A stretch of 64,000 bases of DNA from Anolis carolinensis (lineage: Eukaryota): positions 21,005,190 through 21,069,189 of the forward strand of contig NC_085846.1 in the NCBI RefSeq assembly GCF_035594765.1, written 5' to 3'. Below the pieces are notes generated by a model, which had not been told where the DNA came from, made no database searches, and saw nothing but the letters and a program-made list of their open reading frames with translations. Positions within the stretch are counted from its first letter, which is position 1, and each line of letters opens with the position of its first letter. The position numbers and the translations under genes are program-made. Positions 27,701 to 39,382 of this stretch are shown here, in pieces.

Positions 27701-30103
27701 CCAAGGATGTGAGACGCTAAAGCCAAGAGCTTACTGCAAAGTAATAGAAGTAATACGTGTCCATCTTGACTTGGGGTTTTTTTTAAGTCATCTGAAATGT
27801 TTGCTTTCCTGTGAGAGGGAAGCACAGCTTTTGCACTTGTCAGCAAATATATTGCACTTTACCAAGAACCAAGCTCCCCTCACCTAAAATAAAACTTTTA
27901 CCATTTTTTAAATAAAAATCATGGAAGAATACACAAAAATGTCCTAATCTTGCTGATGAGGACAGACTTTGTGAATGCTTACAATTTTATAGGGATGGAA
28001 TGAAACAAGCATATGACAGAATTAAACAACCAGTTTGGACTGTTCCATGTCTACACATATGAAAGGAGAAAAAAGAGGAATATCTGTGTGAGGAGCGTGA
28101 TATTTTTTCTAGACAGCCACCCATTGATTTAAACATGCTTATGCACATTTCAAAGTCATATGTTGCTGTCTTCTGAATTCTTCAAATCTGTGCATGCTAC
28201 TGACCCCCACCTCTTTCCATGTTCAGAATATATCACAAGGAAACTATGCATGAATTTCTGATTGCAAATTGCATTTATATCCCCATTCATCTTGGAGCTG
28301 AAAGATGGATAAATTTATAAGGGGGGAGCTTTGAGAACTACATTTTTCAGCCACCCCTAATTTCATGAATATTAGTCATGTGATGGAAATATAACACATT
28401 TGTTCACATTACCTTGTCGTAAAAGGCAACACTTCTGCATTAACTGTTCCGTTTTCCTTGAAAAATATAAAAGTTAGAAATAAATGATGAGGCTCAACTA
28501 TGCAAATCACATGGAACATAAACTTCCAGACAGCACTAAATCACAGGTTTTAAATTGGGGCAAAAAATCCCAGGACTTCAGAAGCGGTCCACATACAGTC
28601 CTGTTAGCCCTGGGATAATGGCGAGATACGGATATATGGATATGCAGATCTCTGCAAAAGTTCTGTTCTTTGTCCTGGCCAAAGAAACTGGACCCTCCAG
28701 ACGTTTCATTAAGTGTCTGCCACACACAAAAACAGGGTAGGACCACTTCTGCCCAAGTTATCATTGCACAATGAAACAGGAATACACATTTTCAAGCAGG
28801 AACAAAACTTTGTCATTATTGACACTTTTTAGAGCCTGGCCATCTGTCCAGACAGATTTGGTTGTGTACGTGTGGCATGGAACAATAGGGTGCTGTTCCT
28901 GGGTTATATATGGCTATTTCTATTAGCCACCTGCATGACCTTGGCTCTCAGTATTTTACATTCCTTTCCAGCACATCCATGTCCCAACAGCCAGTAGTAA
29001 GTGTTTGCCATTTATTACATACACCCAAAGAGGAACCAACATTTGTAACCTGGCAACATCATCCTGTTGTTCCCTGGCACAAATACACCACAAAACCTGT
29101 CTGCACAGATGGCCATACAACAAGGTCTGACTAATGACAGTAATGATGCCATTCTGTTCCTGGTTTGAAAGTGTCTATTCCTGTTTTGCTATGTACTACC
29201 TAATGTGAAAGTACTTGTTGCACCCCAGCGACTTCATTTTTCTGCCACAAACTTTATTTAGCAGGTGAAGGATGAAGTTCCTCTTCCCAGGGCAAAGTTT
29301 TTGCCTTCTACTCAAGTGTCACCTTCTTTTTAGGAACTGACCAATCAGGAACAAACCCAGATAAAAAAATTCAGTGATTTCCAATTGCAGGGACATGCAG
29401 ACATGTGAATAATATCCAGATATTCGGCTAAAAATCGCGATATTCCCACATCTGGAAATCTCGCTTTTTTTGCTTGTTGTAGCAATTGCTTCTGCGTTTA
29501 GAGGGAATGGCATCTGGCCACCCTCCTGTTTGCTGCGGGAGCTCCTAGGATAAAAGTACTGTCTGGACAGGCCCTTAGTCAGCATTCAATTGCCACTCCT
29601 CATTGTACTGTTTTTGTGATCCCCTGGAGCAATTATTTCTGAAGGTGTGGCAAATTCATTCTGGATTTTGCTTCAACTTCTTCCACAGCTGCTCCATGTT
29701 GAACAGAAACTCTGCCAGCAATGAACATTAGTCTTCACAATTAGTTAGAAGCAACAGCTGGTGGAGTGATGATAAAACCCACAGTAGATGCACTGCTTTA
29801 TCAGTGGTGGATCCAATGCTGTTCCTGGCATCTCTCTGTTATGACCCCCCTCTCACGTATGCTAACCTTGTGACATTTTGGCTGTCAACAATCATCTATT
29901 TCAAGCTGCTTTGAGTCTCCTTCAGGAGAGATAAAGTGGGATATAAATAAATATATATGCAATATAATAATAATAACTACTGGGATCTGCACGCATCATC
30001 TGAAAATACATCACACAGTCCTAGACACTTGGGAAGTGTTTGACTTGTGATTTTGTGATATGAAATCCAGCATGTCTATCTTGTTTGCTGTGTCATACAA
30101 TAA

Positions 30104-30155
<52 letters not shown>

Positions 30156-30571
30156 GTAATTTACAGCATGAGGTTGAGATTAGGAGCACATTTACACTGT
30201 AAAATGAATGCTGTTTGACACTATTTTATCCACCATGGCTGAAGCTATGGAATCGTGGGAGTTGTAGTTTTGAAAGGGCTTTAGCTTTCTCTGCCAGAGA
30301 GTGCATGCACCTCACCAAGCCACAACTCCGACAATTCCATAGCTTTGGGCCATGGAGGTTAAAATGCTATCAAATTGAATTTATTGTATAGTGTAATTGT
30401 ACCCTTAATTTTGTTTTATTATCTACCATGTTTTGTGATGCCCATTGGTTACCTTGCTGCAAGTTTTATTCACATGCACAGATAACTATTTTTAATTTAT
30501 GAAGGTAGTAATAGGCCCTTTCATGCTGTAAAATATGCAGAATGGACCAACATATATGCATTTCTTACCAT
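8493..30571 (-). CDS. PLA2G4C: Cytosolic phospholipase A2 gamma-like (group IVC), 17 coding exons, about 564 aa
   Basis: Phase-consistent exons: 30569-30571, 28413-28456, 24788-24899, 23453-23595, 21835-22033, 21301-21418, 19905-20045, 18756-18797, 17823-17861, 16101-16160, 15909-15968, 15322-15441, 13395-13436, 12705-12797, 11792-11946, 9673-9844, 8493-8644 (1695 nt, open). Motifs GSGGGLRA, GVSGSTW, YSLTDFW, PYPIYAA, WFEFTP, GLWGS, KWKWGT, LVDAGL, LILSFDFSAGDPFE, PVVMHFPLFN; no C2 domain. Confidence 0.9.
9255..9460 (-). mobile_element. Old CR1 LINE ORF2 fragment
   Basis: HSKIRTLNFKQIDLNKLKETL...GWKFLKDEV resembles the CR1 ORF2 linker region. Confidence 0.55.
9673..9844 (-). CDS. PLA2G4C: PLA2G4C-like exon (TVKDAALYC...PVVMHFPLFNIRNCR)
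   Basis: AG/GT boundaries, 172 nt, conserved motif. Confidence 0.92.
10112..10150. repeat. (TTG)n microsatellite
   Basis: Direct reading. Confidence 0.95.
10618..11472. mobile_element. Degenerate Tigger/mariner-like element with an internal Harbinger-like insert (about 10850-11163)
   Basis: Left part matches 52566-52790; right end GTTGACTTATACAGAAGTATTTAAGGTA; insert ends TGTGATGAGGTCCC like 23106-23118. Confidence 0.5.
11792..11946 (-). CDS. PLA2G4C: PLA2G4C-like exon carrying the catalytic Asp (LVDAGL)
   Basis: ELNDKDLESQEDIQLVDAGLAMNSAYPLVLRPERGVKLILSFDFSAGDPFE; AG/GT. Confidence 0.93.
12705..12797 (-). CDS. PLA2G4C: PLA2G4C-like exon (FWDTLRILKKTLSCIIKWKWGTIYNYLYKC)
   Basis: AG/GT, 93 nt, KW.WGT..N.LYK motif. 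Confidence 0.9.
13395..13436 (-). CDS. PLA2G4C: PLA2G4C-like micro-exon (ERFQRIIYKETKR)
   Basis: TTTTGACAG acceptor, GTGAGT donor, 42 nt symmetric phase 1. Confidence 0.65.
14389..14752. mobile_element. Tigger/mariner-type MITE, right end truncated
   Basis: TA + CCCTGTTTCCCC.AAAATAAGAC left TIR; near-identical to the full copy at 53387-53806. Confidence 0.85.
14879..15012. mobile_element. hAT/Charlie-type MITE
   Basis: TIRs CAGTGGTTTTCAACCTGTGGG / CCCACAGGTTGAGAACCACTG. Confidence 0.8.
15322..15441 (-). CDS. PLA2G4C: PLA2G4C-like exon with GC donor (SGCDCHS...IRKLIKLLE)
   Basis: Acceptor TTTGTCTTCAAAG; donor AAG|GCAAGT; 120 nt symmetric phase 1; in-frame TAG just beyond. Confidence 0.7.
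15909..15968 (-). CDS. PLA2G4C: PLA2G4C-like acidic micro-exon (LEGEEAEEMEKDVEVEESQ)
   Basis: GTGAGT donor; acceptor at 15969-70 or in-frame alternative at 15963-64. Confidence 0.65.
16101..16160 (-). CDS. PLA2G4C: PLA2G4C-like acidic micro-exon (DDEEGRIMDIYFGRIEAAK)
   Basis: TCTTTTCTAG acceptor, AAG|GTGAT donor, 60 nt. Confidence 0.6.
17823..17861 (-). CDS. PLA2G4C: PLA2G4C-like micro-exon (YIKHLIFEIKNL)
   Basis: TTTTCAG acceptor, GTAAGT donor, 39 nt; aligns to EYIFDQLRNL region. Confidence 0.7.
18756..18797 (-). CDS. PLA2G4C: PLA2G4C-like exon (GLWGSGIANLKDIE)
   Basis: GLWGS motif, AG/GT. Confidence 0.88.
19228..19493 (-). mobile_element. tRNA-derived SINE (Anolis SINE2-like), full length
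   Basis: Reverse strand starts GGAGCCTCCAGTGGCG, B-box GGTTCGAATCC, A-rich tail; TSD AACTAAGAA (19218-26, 19495-503). Confidence 0.85.
19905..20045 (-). CDS. PLA2G4C: PLA2G4C-like exon (LWFEFTPDEAG...VSYLR)
   Basis: WFEFTP motif, AG/GT, 141 nt. Confidence 0.93.
20141..20404. mobile_element. hAT non-autonomous element, copy 2 of 6661-6938
   Basis: Colinear near-identity with 6661-6938. Confidence 0.85.
20470..21178. mobile_element. Probable PIF/Harbinger-like non-autonomous element
   Basis: Ends ...CATTCTTCACA / TGTGTGGAAAGGCCC; GC-richer interior. Confidence 0.4.
21301..21418 (-). CDS. PLA2G4C: PLA2G4C-like exon (LDEHYF...PYPIYAAID...)
   Basis: PYPIYAAID motif, AG/GT, 118 nt. Confidence 0.92.
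21747..21780. repeat. (GT)n microsatellite
   Basis: Direct reading. Confidence 0.95.
21835..22033 (-). CDS. PLA2G4C: PLA2G4C-like exon (CMSYIYE...YSLTDFW...VHE)
   Basis: YSLTDFW motif, AG/GT, 199 nt. Confidence 0.93.
23453..23595 (-). CDS. PLA2G4C: PLA2G4C-like exon with oxyanion-hole GGGLR and catalytic Ser (GVSGS)
   Basis: SNVPNIAILGSGGGLRAMIALQGVLAELQKQGLLDAIMYLCGVSGST(W). Confidence 0.95.
23631..23934. mobile_element. Tigger/MER2-like MITE
   Basis: TIRs CAGGTTGAGCATTCCTTA / TAAGGAATGCTCAACCTG, TA TSD. Confidence 0.85.
24169..24501 (-). mobile_element. Sauria SINE, full length
   Basis: tRNA-like head, (ACCTTT)n tail, 11-bp TSD AAGATTGTCAT (24158-68, 24502-12). Confidence 0.92.
24788..24899 (-). 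CDS. PLA2G4C: PLA2G4C-like exon (DTCRISKDISDEEKATIGRRK...)
   Basis: Aligns to cPLA2-gamma N-terminus (EEKAAVERRR..VL.AL.KL.I); AG/GT. Confidence 0.88.
25847..26441. mobile_element. Harbinger-like non-autonomous element with an internal ~65-bp-period tandem duplication (25974-26087)
   Basis: Ends GGACCTAAACACA / TGTGATGAGGTC; repeated CATCACATG/CATGTGATG motifs. Confidence 0.45.
27037..27247. mobile_element. Palindromic squamate MITE family (copies also at about 8950-9112, 30183-30404, 35345-35440, 50068-50578)
   Basis: GTGCA..TACA...TAGAATTAATGCAG.TTGA.ACCACTTTAACTG ... CAGTTAAAGTGGTG..A.ACTGCA.T.ATTCTACAGTGTA.ATGCACCC. Confidence 0.7.
28413..28456 (-). CDS. PLA2G4C: PLA2G4C-like putative N-terminal exon (ENGTVNAEVLPFTT)
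   Basis: TTTTTCAAG acceptor, AAG|GTAAT donor; phase 2 matches next exon; no homology support. Confidence 0.55.
29977..30153 (+). mobile_element. R4/Dong-clade LINE 3' end within a (TAA)n tract
   Basis: LLGSARII.KYITQS* terminus, flanked by TAA repeats; second copy at 63369. Confidence 0.75.
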
Positions 30572-30614
30572 TCCTCTTCTTGATTGTATTTTCTTGAGTA
30601 ACTCACGGGTGTTT
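30569..30614 (-). CDS. PLA2G4C: PLA2G4C-like putative exon ending in ATG (candidate start codon)
   Basis: CTTTTTCACAG acceptor, GGAATG|GTAAGA donor; ATG joins in frame to 28456. Confidence 0.5.
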
Positions 30615-33097
30615 CTGTGAAAAAGTAGAGAACATTTTCAAAGCGTCTCTCATTTTGGACATAATTATGCCAATATTTTATTAAACTAGTATTACAGATT
30701 TGTGGATGGAAGGATTGTACATTTGAGAGATGGTCATTTGTTCTGATTTTGGAAAAGAGACAGATTGTTAAACAAATAAACAACACAAATTGCAGTGTTG
30801 CACTTCTGTCTAAATTTATTTAGAATCAGCTTTTATTATCAAATTAAAATAACAAAAATCCTAGTATGAGAAGACAGGCTTGAAATCTTCTGAATCCTCT
30901 AGCTAGTACTGTGCTTGCAAACAATTTTAGCATACAACATTCAAAATGGACATAATGCAGTGGTTTAAAAAAAAGCTTATGCATTCTACTATGGTAACGT
31001 GGTGTCATAAACAACATAACTGATACATTCTAATTTCAAAATTTTGCAAAACTTCCTTCACTTAATGAAAGCGGATGTCTCAACAGACTGACAAATTTCA
31101 CCCAAGGAATCACTAACTGCCACAAGTAGTCTGACTTTCAGTGTGAGTATAAGGCATGTAATGCTTTTTTCCAGAGTTTCTCGCATCCATGAAAGTAGAT
31201 TTCTTTTCAAAACTAGTGTGTGTTTACCCAGCAAGTGGCAAAGGACTGGCTGATGGATTTAAATGATTGAAACTACCCACCCAAGTATCTGAGTTGCAAA
31301 AGTCCATGCAAAAGTACAGCATCTGCTATATTTTAGCTATGTAAAATCAACACTCCACATTCACTAGGGCTGGGTGCATATTTCAGAGAGATGTATGTAG
31401 TTGTCTTTTGAACTGAGTAAAAAAGTAGAAAGTAATAAAACAGAACACTTAAAATTTGCTTTTTATTTTATCTAAGTGAACACCTCTCTATGAATCTCTA
31501 GGTCCTTTAGTGCAACTATGATAAACAAGAAAAGCATAGAGCATTCTACATCATCCTCTTTTACCCATAACAATGCAATTTCCTACACTTTTTCTAATAA
31601 CTTTTATCAAATTCAATGATCAATTCAAGTGGTTCAGTGATACACCATATTTCAGCATGATCCATTACCAGCACTAAGTGACCCATGTTGCTATTTTTAT
31701 CAAATAATATTAACGTGAAAATATATTGGTCAACTCAAACCTAAAATCAGTAGCTGAATGTATATGAAGCCAAGATTCCCAAGCCTTGGATCACATCAAA
31801 CATATATTAAGACAGAGCAATCATCTTCCCAAATTTGCAATCTAGAAGGCTCTTAGAAGCCCACAAACAGAGCCTGAATGCAATAGCCCACTCTGGTATT
31901 CTCATCAGCTATTACTAAGCTTACTGAGTGGTGATCGTGAAAGCAGTTTTTAATCCTATCCATCTGTCTGAGGTGATGTTTTTTACCCTGAGCTTCCCAA
32001 CAGGGCACACAATTAAACACAAATCCATGTGGAAAGATTTGTGTGTGTGTACCAAGTGTCTTTATGGTTTAGCTGTCTTTATGGTTATAGTTGCTCCTCT
32101 GTTATTGTAGACTAATCATAACTAATAACTTCTACAATCTATTCAGAAAGACAACAACCAGAAATAGCACTAGTACTCACATTGTTATCCTAGGCACAAC
32201 CCCTGGGATTGAAAGGAGAGATTTCAATGGCAATATATATACAGAATGGCAAAGGACCCTTGTCACTTTGTCTCAGCAGTGGTCGTGGTTTCTTTCCAAA
32301 AAAGGTAATGTGTTTTGTAACAGTTTCAGACAGGTAACTGACTAAGTTAATACATGCTTAGGCATATAGTCTAGTTGTCCTATATATCAGTTCTTATCTT
32401 TATGGCACCTCTTTAATGCTGATTTCCAACTTCAATGTTTGATTTATTTTTTAAGTCCATCTTGGTGGCTAAACTTTAATCTCAAGAATTTTCACCTCAA
32501 GGATGTATATGAGGGCCATCTCCTCTTAAGTACATAAACTTGTGCCCTCCATTCCAAATTCTATATTGTCTTGCAGGGAGAGAAGAAAAGGTAGGCCCAG
32601 AAGCAGATGGAGGCCTTCCCTCTCAACTGCCACTGCCCTGGTTTTGGAGGTAGAGAAGAAGGAGAGGCAAGCACAACACCATCATGCCTGGCCCAGAAGC
32701 AGATTAAACACCCTCTCTTCATCCCAGCTGCCACTGACCTGGCCTCAGAGGGAGAGAAGGAGAGGCAGGCACAACTCTCTCTTAGCTAGACCCTGAAAAA
32801 GAAGAATGGCCCTCCTTCCATCCCAACTGCCACTGCCTTTGCCTTGGAGTGAGAAAAAGAAGCAGCCATATCTGCTGGACCTAACGCTCTCTTCCACTAC
32901 CATTCCTTTTCCCTTGTATGTTGCTTATTTGAATTGTAAGCCTAAGGAGGGGAAATTGTGAAAACAATAATTTGTAAGCCCCTCTGAGAGCCTTTATAGA
33001 TGAAGACAGTGTTTCAATGCTATGAATGAATAAAGCAAGCCACAATTATATTAGTAAATGCAACTGGAATGGAGAGGGGATCTGTCTAGAGTCCTTG

Positions 33098-33866
33098 TGC
33101 AAGATACTTCACTTCGGCAGAAAAAATGGAATGCAAAGATACAGAATGGGGGACGCCTGGCTAGACAGCAGTACATGTGAAAAAGATCTTGGAGTCCTCG
33201 TGGACAACAAGTTAAACATGAGCCAGCAATGTGATGCGGATGCTAAGAAAGCCAACAGGATTTTGGCCTGCATCAATAGGGGAATAGCGTCTAGATCCAG
33301 AGAAGTCATGCTTCCCCTCTATTCTGCCTTGGTCAGACCACTGGAATACTGTGTCCAATTTTGGGCACCGCAGTTGAAGGGAGATGTTGACAAGCTGGAA
33401 AGCGTCCAGAGGAGGGCAACTAAAATGATTAAAGGTCTGGAGAACAAGCCCTATGAGGAGAGGCTTAAAGAACTGGGCATGTTTAGCCTGCAGAAGAGAA
33501 GTCTGAGAGGAGACATGATAGCCATGTACAAATATGTGAGGGGAAGTCATAGGGAGGAGGGAGCAAGCTTGTTTGTTGCTGCCCTGCAGACTAGGACGCG
33601 GAACAATGGCTGCAAACTACAGGAAAGGAGATTCCACCTGAACATCAGGAAGAACTTCCTCACTGTGAGAGATGTTTGGCAGTGGAACTCTCTGCCTCGG
33701 ACTGTGGTGGAGGCTCCTTCCTTGGAGGCTTTTAAGCAGAGGATGGATGGCCATCTGTCGGGGATGGTTTGAATGCGATTTCCTGCTTCTTGGCAGGGGG
33801 TTGGACTAGATGGCCCATGAGGTCTCTTCCAACTCTACTATTCTATGATTCTATGATTCTATGATT
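33098..33866 (+). mobile_element. CR1 LINE, 5'-truncated, young (ORF2 C-terminus open to 33772)
   Basis: CKILHFGRKN, EKDLGVLVD, LEYCVQFWAP, LESVQRRATKM, WNSLP; (ATTCTATG)n tail. Confidence 0.95.
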
Positions 33867-33907
33867 TAACCATTTTCTACTGTAATTAAATTCACATTAA
33901 AATGGAT

Positions 33908-34089
33908 GAGACAAGCTGGAATGTGTCCAGATCAAGGGTCTGAAGAATAAGCCCTATGAGGAGTGGCTGAAAGAGCTGGGCATGTTTAGCAGAAGCTGTT
34001 GAGGATGCTTTGAATACAATTTCCTGTTTCTTGGCAGGGGGTTGGACTGGATGACCCGAGGTCTCTTCAGACTTTATGATTCTATGATT
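33908..34089 (+). mobile_element. Internally deleted CR1 3' fragment
   Basis: Colinear pieces of 33390-33866. Confidence 0.75.
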
Positions 34090-37000
34090 GTAGAGTCTCA
34101 CCCTGTTTGCAATTTTTATAAGAGCCTTCCGAAATGTACAGAGGTCTATCAAAATATGAAAGAAGGGAAAAGGATAAGAAGGACAAAGGGGCGGAGGAGA
34201 GATAAAGTGAAAGAAGAGTCTTGAGTTCTTAATGAAATCATCTTTCTGTTCATTTTTTCTAAAAACATGCCAAACACTGAATGGGAAGAAACTGAATTTA
34301 GATGCATTCCTAATTAGGATCATGAGACTGGTAATCAAGCTGCAGCCCATGATCCTTTGACAAATGATGTGGAATGTGTATTTTCTCATTGAGGAGAGTT
34401 CCACGTGTAAATTTGTAAACAGCAACCCTGAAGTAATAATTTCACATCCTACCTACTAAAAATCTCCTTTAGTTTGGCAAATGGCATAACAGAATTAAAA
34501 TAGTTAAGAATGAAATGCTGGGGTGAGGTCCTGAATGATCCTGTTACAATCCAGTGTTCTAAGGGGTCTGTGGAACTGCAGCCATGATACTCAGGACAAT
34601 AGGATAGAATATGTAGGTTATATTGGCAGTTACATTATTATACATCAATGTCCCATATGTGCTGATATGCATGTAGGAATTACGACTAATGGTTCACGTG
34701 GGACTTCATAATTTGTGTTTTATTAAGTGATATCCAGTTATGCAAAACTTTCACCAACTTTATATTGCTATTACAATAAATATTTATTTAACAGTCAGTA
34801 GTCAGCTCCTGGACAGCAAACATATTATAGTGAGAAATCTGCATTTCTGTTTCAACTACTACTATATAGCAACCATTTGCAAATTAGTCATTTCTCTAAA
34901 TTTGAGAAATCCGTGCCCAACTTTTCTGGTGATGGATACCCCACCCCACCCCCACCAAAAGCACAACTAGATGGCTACATCCCCAGATTATTTGCAACTG
35001 ATTGGGCAATTGCATGAACTGTTCCTTTTGTACTGGAACAGTTTGTGAATAAAATATAGTAACAGGATTCAGAACATTAATAGAATGTCTTGTTATTCAA
35101 TGTCTTGAATGAACTCTTTTTTCTAATGATAAAAATAGAAAGAATTTCCATTGCCTATTGCACCTTCAACTCAGTTCTATTGCTGCATATTACGGACAGA
35201 ATGCTATTAATGCAATATTGGAGGGTTTGCATTTTTGCCCTGGATTGTGCAGCAAGTACAAAGAAAGATGGACAAAATATTTTAGAGTCAAGCCATTGGA
35301 AATGCAACTATATCCGGCATGTAAAAAGTCACATTTTATCTTAAGGTATATCTACACCTTAGAATTAATGCAGTTTGGCACATATTTCAGTGCATGGCTC
35401 AAAGCTATAGAATCACAGAAGTTCTAGTTTCATAAAGTCTTTATCAAGTCTAGTACGGTTATTCAACACCGATGAAGGATTTTAGAAAGAGATTTTTCCA
35501 AGCCAAGTTTGTATTTAAGATGACAGGAATTATTCCGTCATAAGTATAGATCTGTGGAATATGTTCTGCAGCATCAAATCAGTTCCATAAAGATTTTGTT
35601 CATTAACAAATAAGATTTTGAGAAGCCTATTACTGTGCTGAAATCAGAAAGGTCCTGGGAGAAGCTGAGATCTCAGTGTAATGATTTTGCAATACCCCTA
35701 AAATGTTCTCTCTTACACAGTCTCCTTTCCACACATCCACACACAGACCTTTGTATCTTCAAATAAGCTTCCATCACTGGTGCTTTGACCTATTTCCACA
35801 GCACATCAGGAGAGGTAGATTAGATATGAATGGTTCCGTACTTTTCCATTTTCTCTACTAAACACTGGGCTACAATGAAAGAAAAATATGTCTAAGTCCC
35901 CAGCTACATGTTGTACTTATTTATCTTTCTTCTGAGAAGGGGTACTCTATCTGGGCATTTTCACCACAGGGCAATAAGTTAAGCACAGATGGCATTCATT
36001 TCAATCAATAAAAAATGTAGGAAAGCATTTGACAAAAATGAATCTTTGTTCTTAAAATGCTGTACCATTGTGACAAACCCATATCCAACATTTCAAATAT
36101 GGATTTAGAATCGAGATACAGAGAGTAAACCATACACATTTTGTAGATTCGATATCTGAAGAGAGTGAAGGTCAAAGTTTGATGTTCAACAGCTCTAAAA
36201 ATGTGTACTATTTTGTTTGGTAATAGACATCAATTCCTGAAAGCAAGATAAGAAGTAAAACAAGATAAGTACATTTAAATGGCAGTTAAGATAGAAAACA
36301 GGCATTGTTCATAAAGATAGGTCTGAATGAAGCAAATGTAGATTAGTTCGTTTTTTGCGTATATGCGGTGTCATGCTACACATTCTTATTGCCCAAAAAG
36401 GAAGAGAAGGACTTGAGTGATTTTGAAGACAAACATTGACAAAGTTTGGCAAGTCAGCACCTCAACATCTCAGTTGCAAAATCTTGTGGTAGTTTTATTG
36501 CAATGGTGAAGAAAGAGAAGCGTAACTTGAAATGAGGCTACACACAGATGAATCTGTTTCACTGTTCTAATTTTCTTTACCAGCAGAGATTAATTGCACC
36601 TCTTCCCATTGTTGTATTGGTTCATTTATTTTAAAATAACAAAAATTCACATGAATGTTTGTAATTTTGCTTAATATGCGTATTTTTGTTAGATGAGATT
36701 TTTTTTCCTACAATATACAGTCTTACAGGCTAACCTTTTATTAGGGGTAAAACTTCATTTTTAATGCATTTTCAGATCTAATTCATTAGATTTGTACATA
36801 CAAAGTGATATTAAGAAACACAAGGGGCGCCCACACAAAAAACTTAAGATTCAAAACACTGACTTATGACATTTGGATGAGTTATGTAAGTCTTGTAGAT
36901 GGCTCCAGGTCTCCATCGTGGGTGCCACTCCTCCCTCAAAAGGACTGGGTTTGGTTCCCCCAAAGGGTCCCAAGGATGGTGAGGCTGGAATGGAGGGAAA

Positions 37001-37464
37001 GTTGTGCTTTTTCCCCAAAGGAGACAGCAAGGGATGGACGCCTGGCTGGATGGCCAGGCACGGAAGAAGCCCTTCCGCACATGACTGGCCTGGAGAAAGA
37101 GGCAGAGACTACCCTCACATTCCCAAGCAAAATTCTGGTAAATGTAGTTTAAGGCAGAGCCTAAACATTCTCTGGTGCTGCTGACCCAGAGACAAAGAAG
37201 CCCCTGCATTTTAAAAATAACTTCTCCAACTTCGAGAGGGGAAAACCAAGCGCTTTAACGCAGGAAGCAAGCAGAATTCTGAGAAATGTAGTTTAGGGTT
37301 TGGCCTTTTGAATTCTCCTCCACAGAGGTCCTTGCCTGCACAAACTTCATTTCCCAGAATTCTGCTTACTTCCCTGTGTCACCATCTCCTCCTTCTATGT
37401 GTTTGTTCTCTAAAGAGATTTTGAGATTAAAAGGGATTGTTGGAAGTTGAATCAACCCTGTGAG

Positions 37465-37641
37465 CAGGGCTGTAGCCAGAGGGGGGGGGGGGTGTTAAAA
37501 TTTCAACCCCCTCCCCTAGTTTACTTATAAATTGGTTAACCAGTTAAAATTCATGAATAAAACAGGTTTCAGGGGAGTTTCAACCCTTTTGGGGAGGGTT
37601 GAACTCTTAACCCCTGCCCCCCTCCTCTGACTACGGCCCTG
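37465..37641. mobile_element. hAT MITE
   Basis: TIRs CAGGGCTGTAGCCAGAGG / CCTCTGACTACGGCCCTG; 8-bp TSD CCTGTGAG. Confidence 0.9.
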
Positions 37642-39382
37642 CCTGTGAGGTTGGCAAAGTTGAGAGGCAGTAATTCCAAAGTTTACTATTGTTGTTGTTG
37701 TTATTATTTCAAAGACTGGATGGGCATCCATTGGAGGTGGTTTGCCTGTGTTTTTCCTGCCTGGCTGAAGGGGGTTGGACTCCCCCACCCCTTGTGCAAT
37801 TACTTAATGAAAAGTATTTTTATATTGTTATAGTTACTATACAAACCCCTAACAATGTTTTAGACACATTTTAGAAATGAGTTTCCACACACACCTAATT
37901 TAGTAATGAGTATTGATTTTTTTTTCATTGATCGTACAGGCCTACCTTTTATACATAAGATGGAGTGGTGAACCTAACATAAATACATGCCTTTTGTATA
38001 CACTTTTACCCAATGTACATGTCTTTGTAAACAGTCTTCAGTAATTTTGAAACATTTTGTAACCATTGTTGATTGTAAAAAAGCTTCATGTATTGGTGTG
38101 TTTAAAATATTTTGGTTTCTATTAAAATTCATAGAAATACATTACACTCTAACCCAGAAATGAGTAAGCTACAAAGGATTTCTAGGTCCATTGTTCAGTT
38201 TGTAAACTAATATTCAGCACAACAGATGTATCTTCTAGTGGTCATTTAGAAATACTGGACTAAGATAAGATTGCATACTCTACCGCTCCTGGAACTACAA
38301 AATATCTTGTAGTAGCATGTGCATTTTTTGAAATGCACAGAGGCCACATGGCACAGTCTAAAATGGAATTAAGAAAACCATGGAATTAATAAAGGAATTA
38401 TTACGTTTCATTTCTCTTGCATAGGCACCTCATCAGAAGCAGTCAAAAATTGCTTCTCAGATTCTTAGGGGACAGCTAGATCCAGAGCAATGGCTTGGAT
38501 GTGACATATGACAATTTAGCCACAATGCTACAGGGTTGGTCTTTCAATTGATGTACTATATGCTTTTTGGAGACTTCTGCTTGTTTCTTCAACTGTGCTT
38601 AATAAATATCCCACAGATCTTCCACTGTAGGACTTGTGGACCATATAAAGGATTATAAAGCGCAAACAATGACAGTATTAGACCAAGTTCAGCAAGGTTA
38701 CTCTGTCATTTGTCTTTTGATTGTTATCTAGTAATTAAAGTAATGCAAAGAACTCACATTTTCATTATTTTTTATTTGTGATAAATTTTCTAGGATTTCA
38801 CAACATTGAAAATTAAAAACTACATGTTAAAATAATACCAAAGGATAAAGCCATACAGTAGTGCTTTATAAAATGTTTCATGAAAAGCCCGCAAATCAGT
38901 TGGGTACGTGGATGATATGCCTCAGGAAGTACATTTTCATGTAGTAAAAGGCCTACTAACTTATCTCAATGGGAATATTGTTCTGTATGGTGAATGTCCC
39001 ATTAGAGAAGTCATTCTTCTGCATCATGGTGTCAAGAAGTGAATAATGGTTTTCATTTGAATTAACAAAAGTTTGCTAGCTGCTTTGCATAACTATAATT
39101 CAATGACTGTAAGATTAACTCATTTTGATATTAGACTTACACCTTTTTTCTGAATTTCTAGATATTTTCATGCACAATCCTATTTTAATTATTCAATTTG
39201 TGGTTTTTCTACTATACTGTAGTACACATGTACAATACAGAGACATCATGTATTCATTGTCTATGTTGTTGTTTATCAAGCAGTAATAGCAGAAATGTTG
39301 TGACAGCTCTGCTTTATCAAATAGACTTTTGCCCTGGGGATTGTGATCTGAGTCTGGACTATTACTTGAGTATTATATTTTA

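Noticed and set aside
33026-33772. 248-aa ORF as a host gene
   Set aside because: It is the C-terminus of CR1 ORF2 with a fortuitous upstream ATG; the element is 5'-truncated
36805-37209. Overlapping 100-120 aa ORFs in a GC-richer patch
   Set aside because: No recognisable motifs or splice structure; probably a repeat relic
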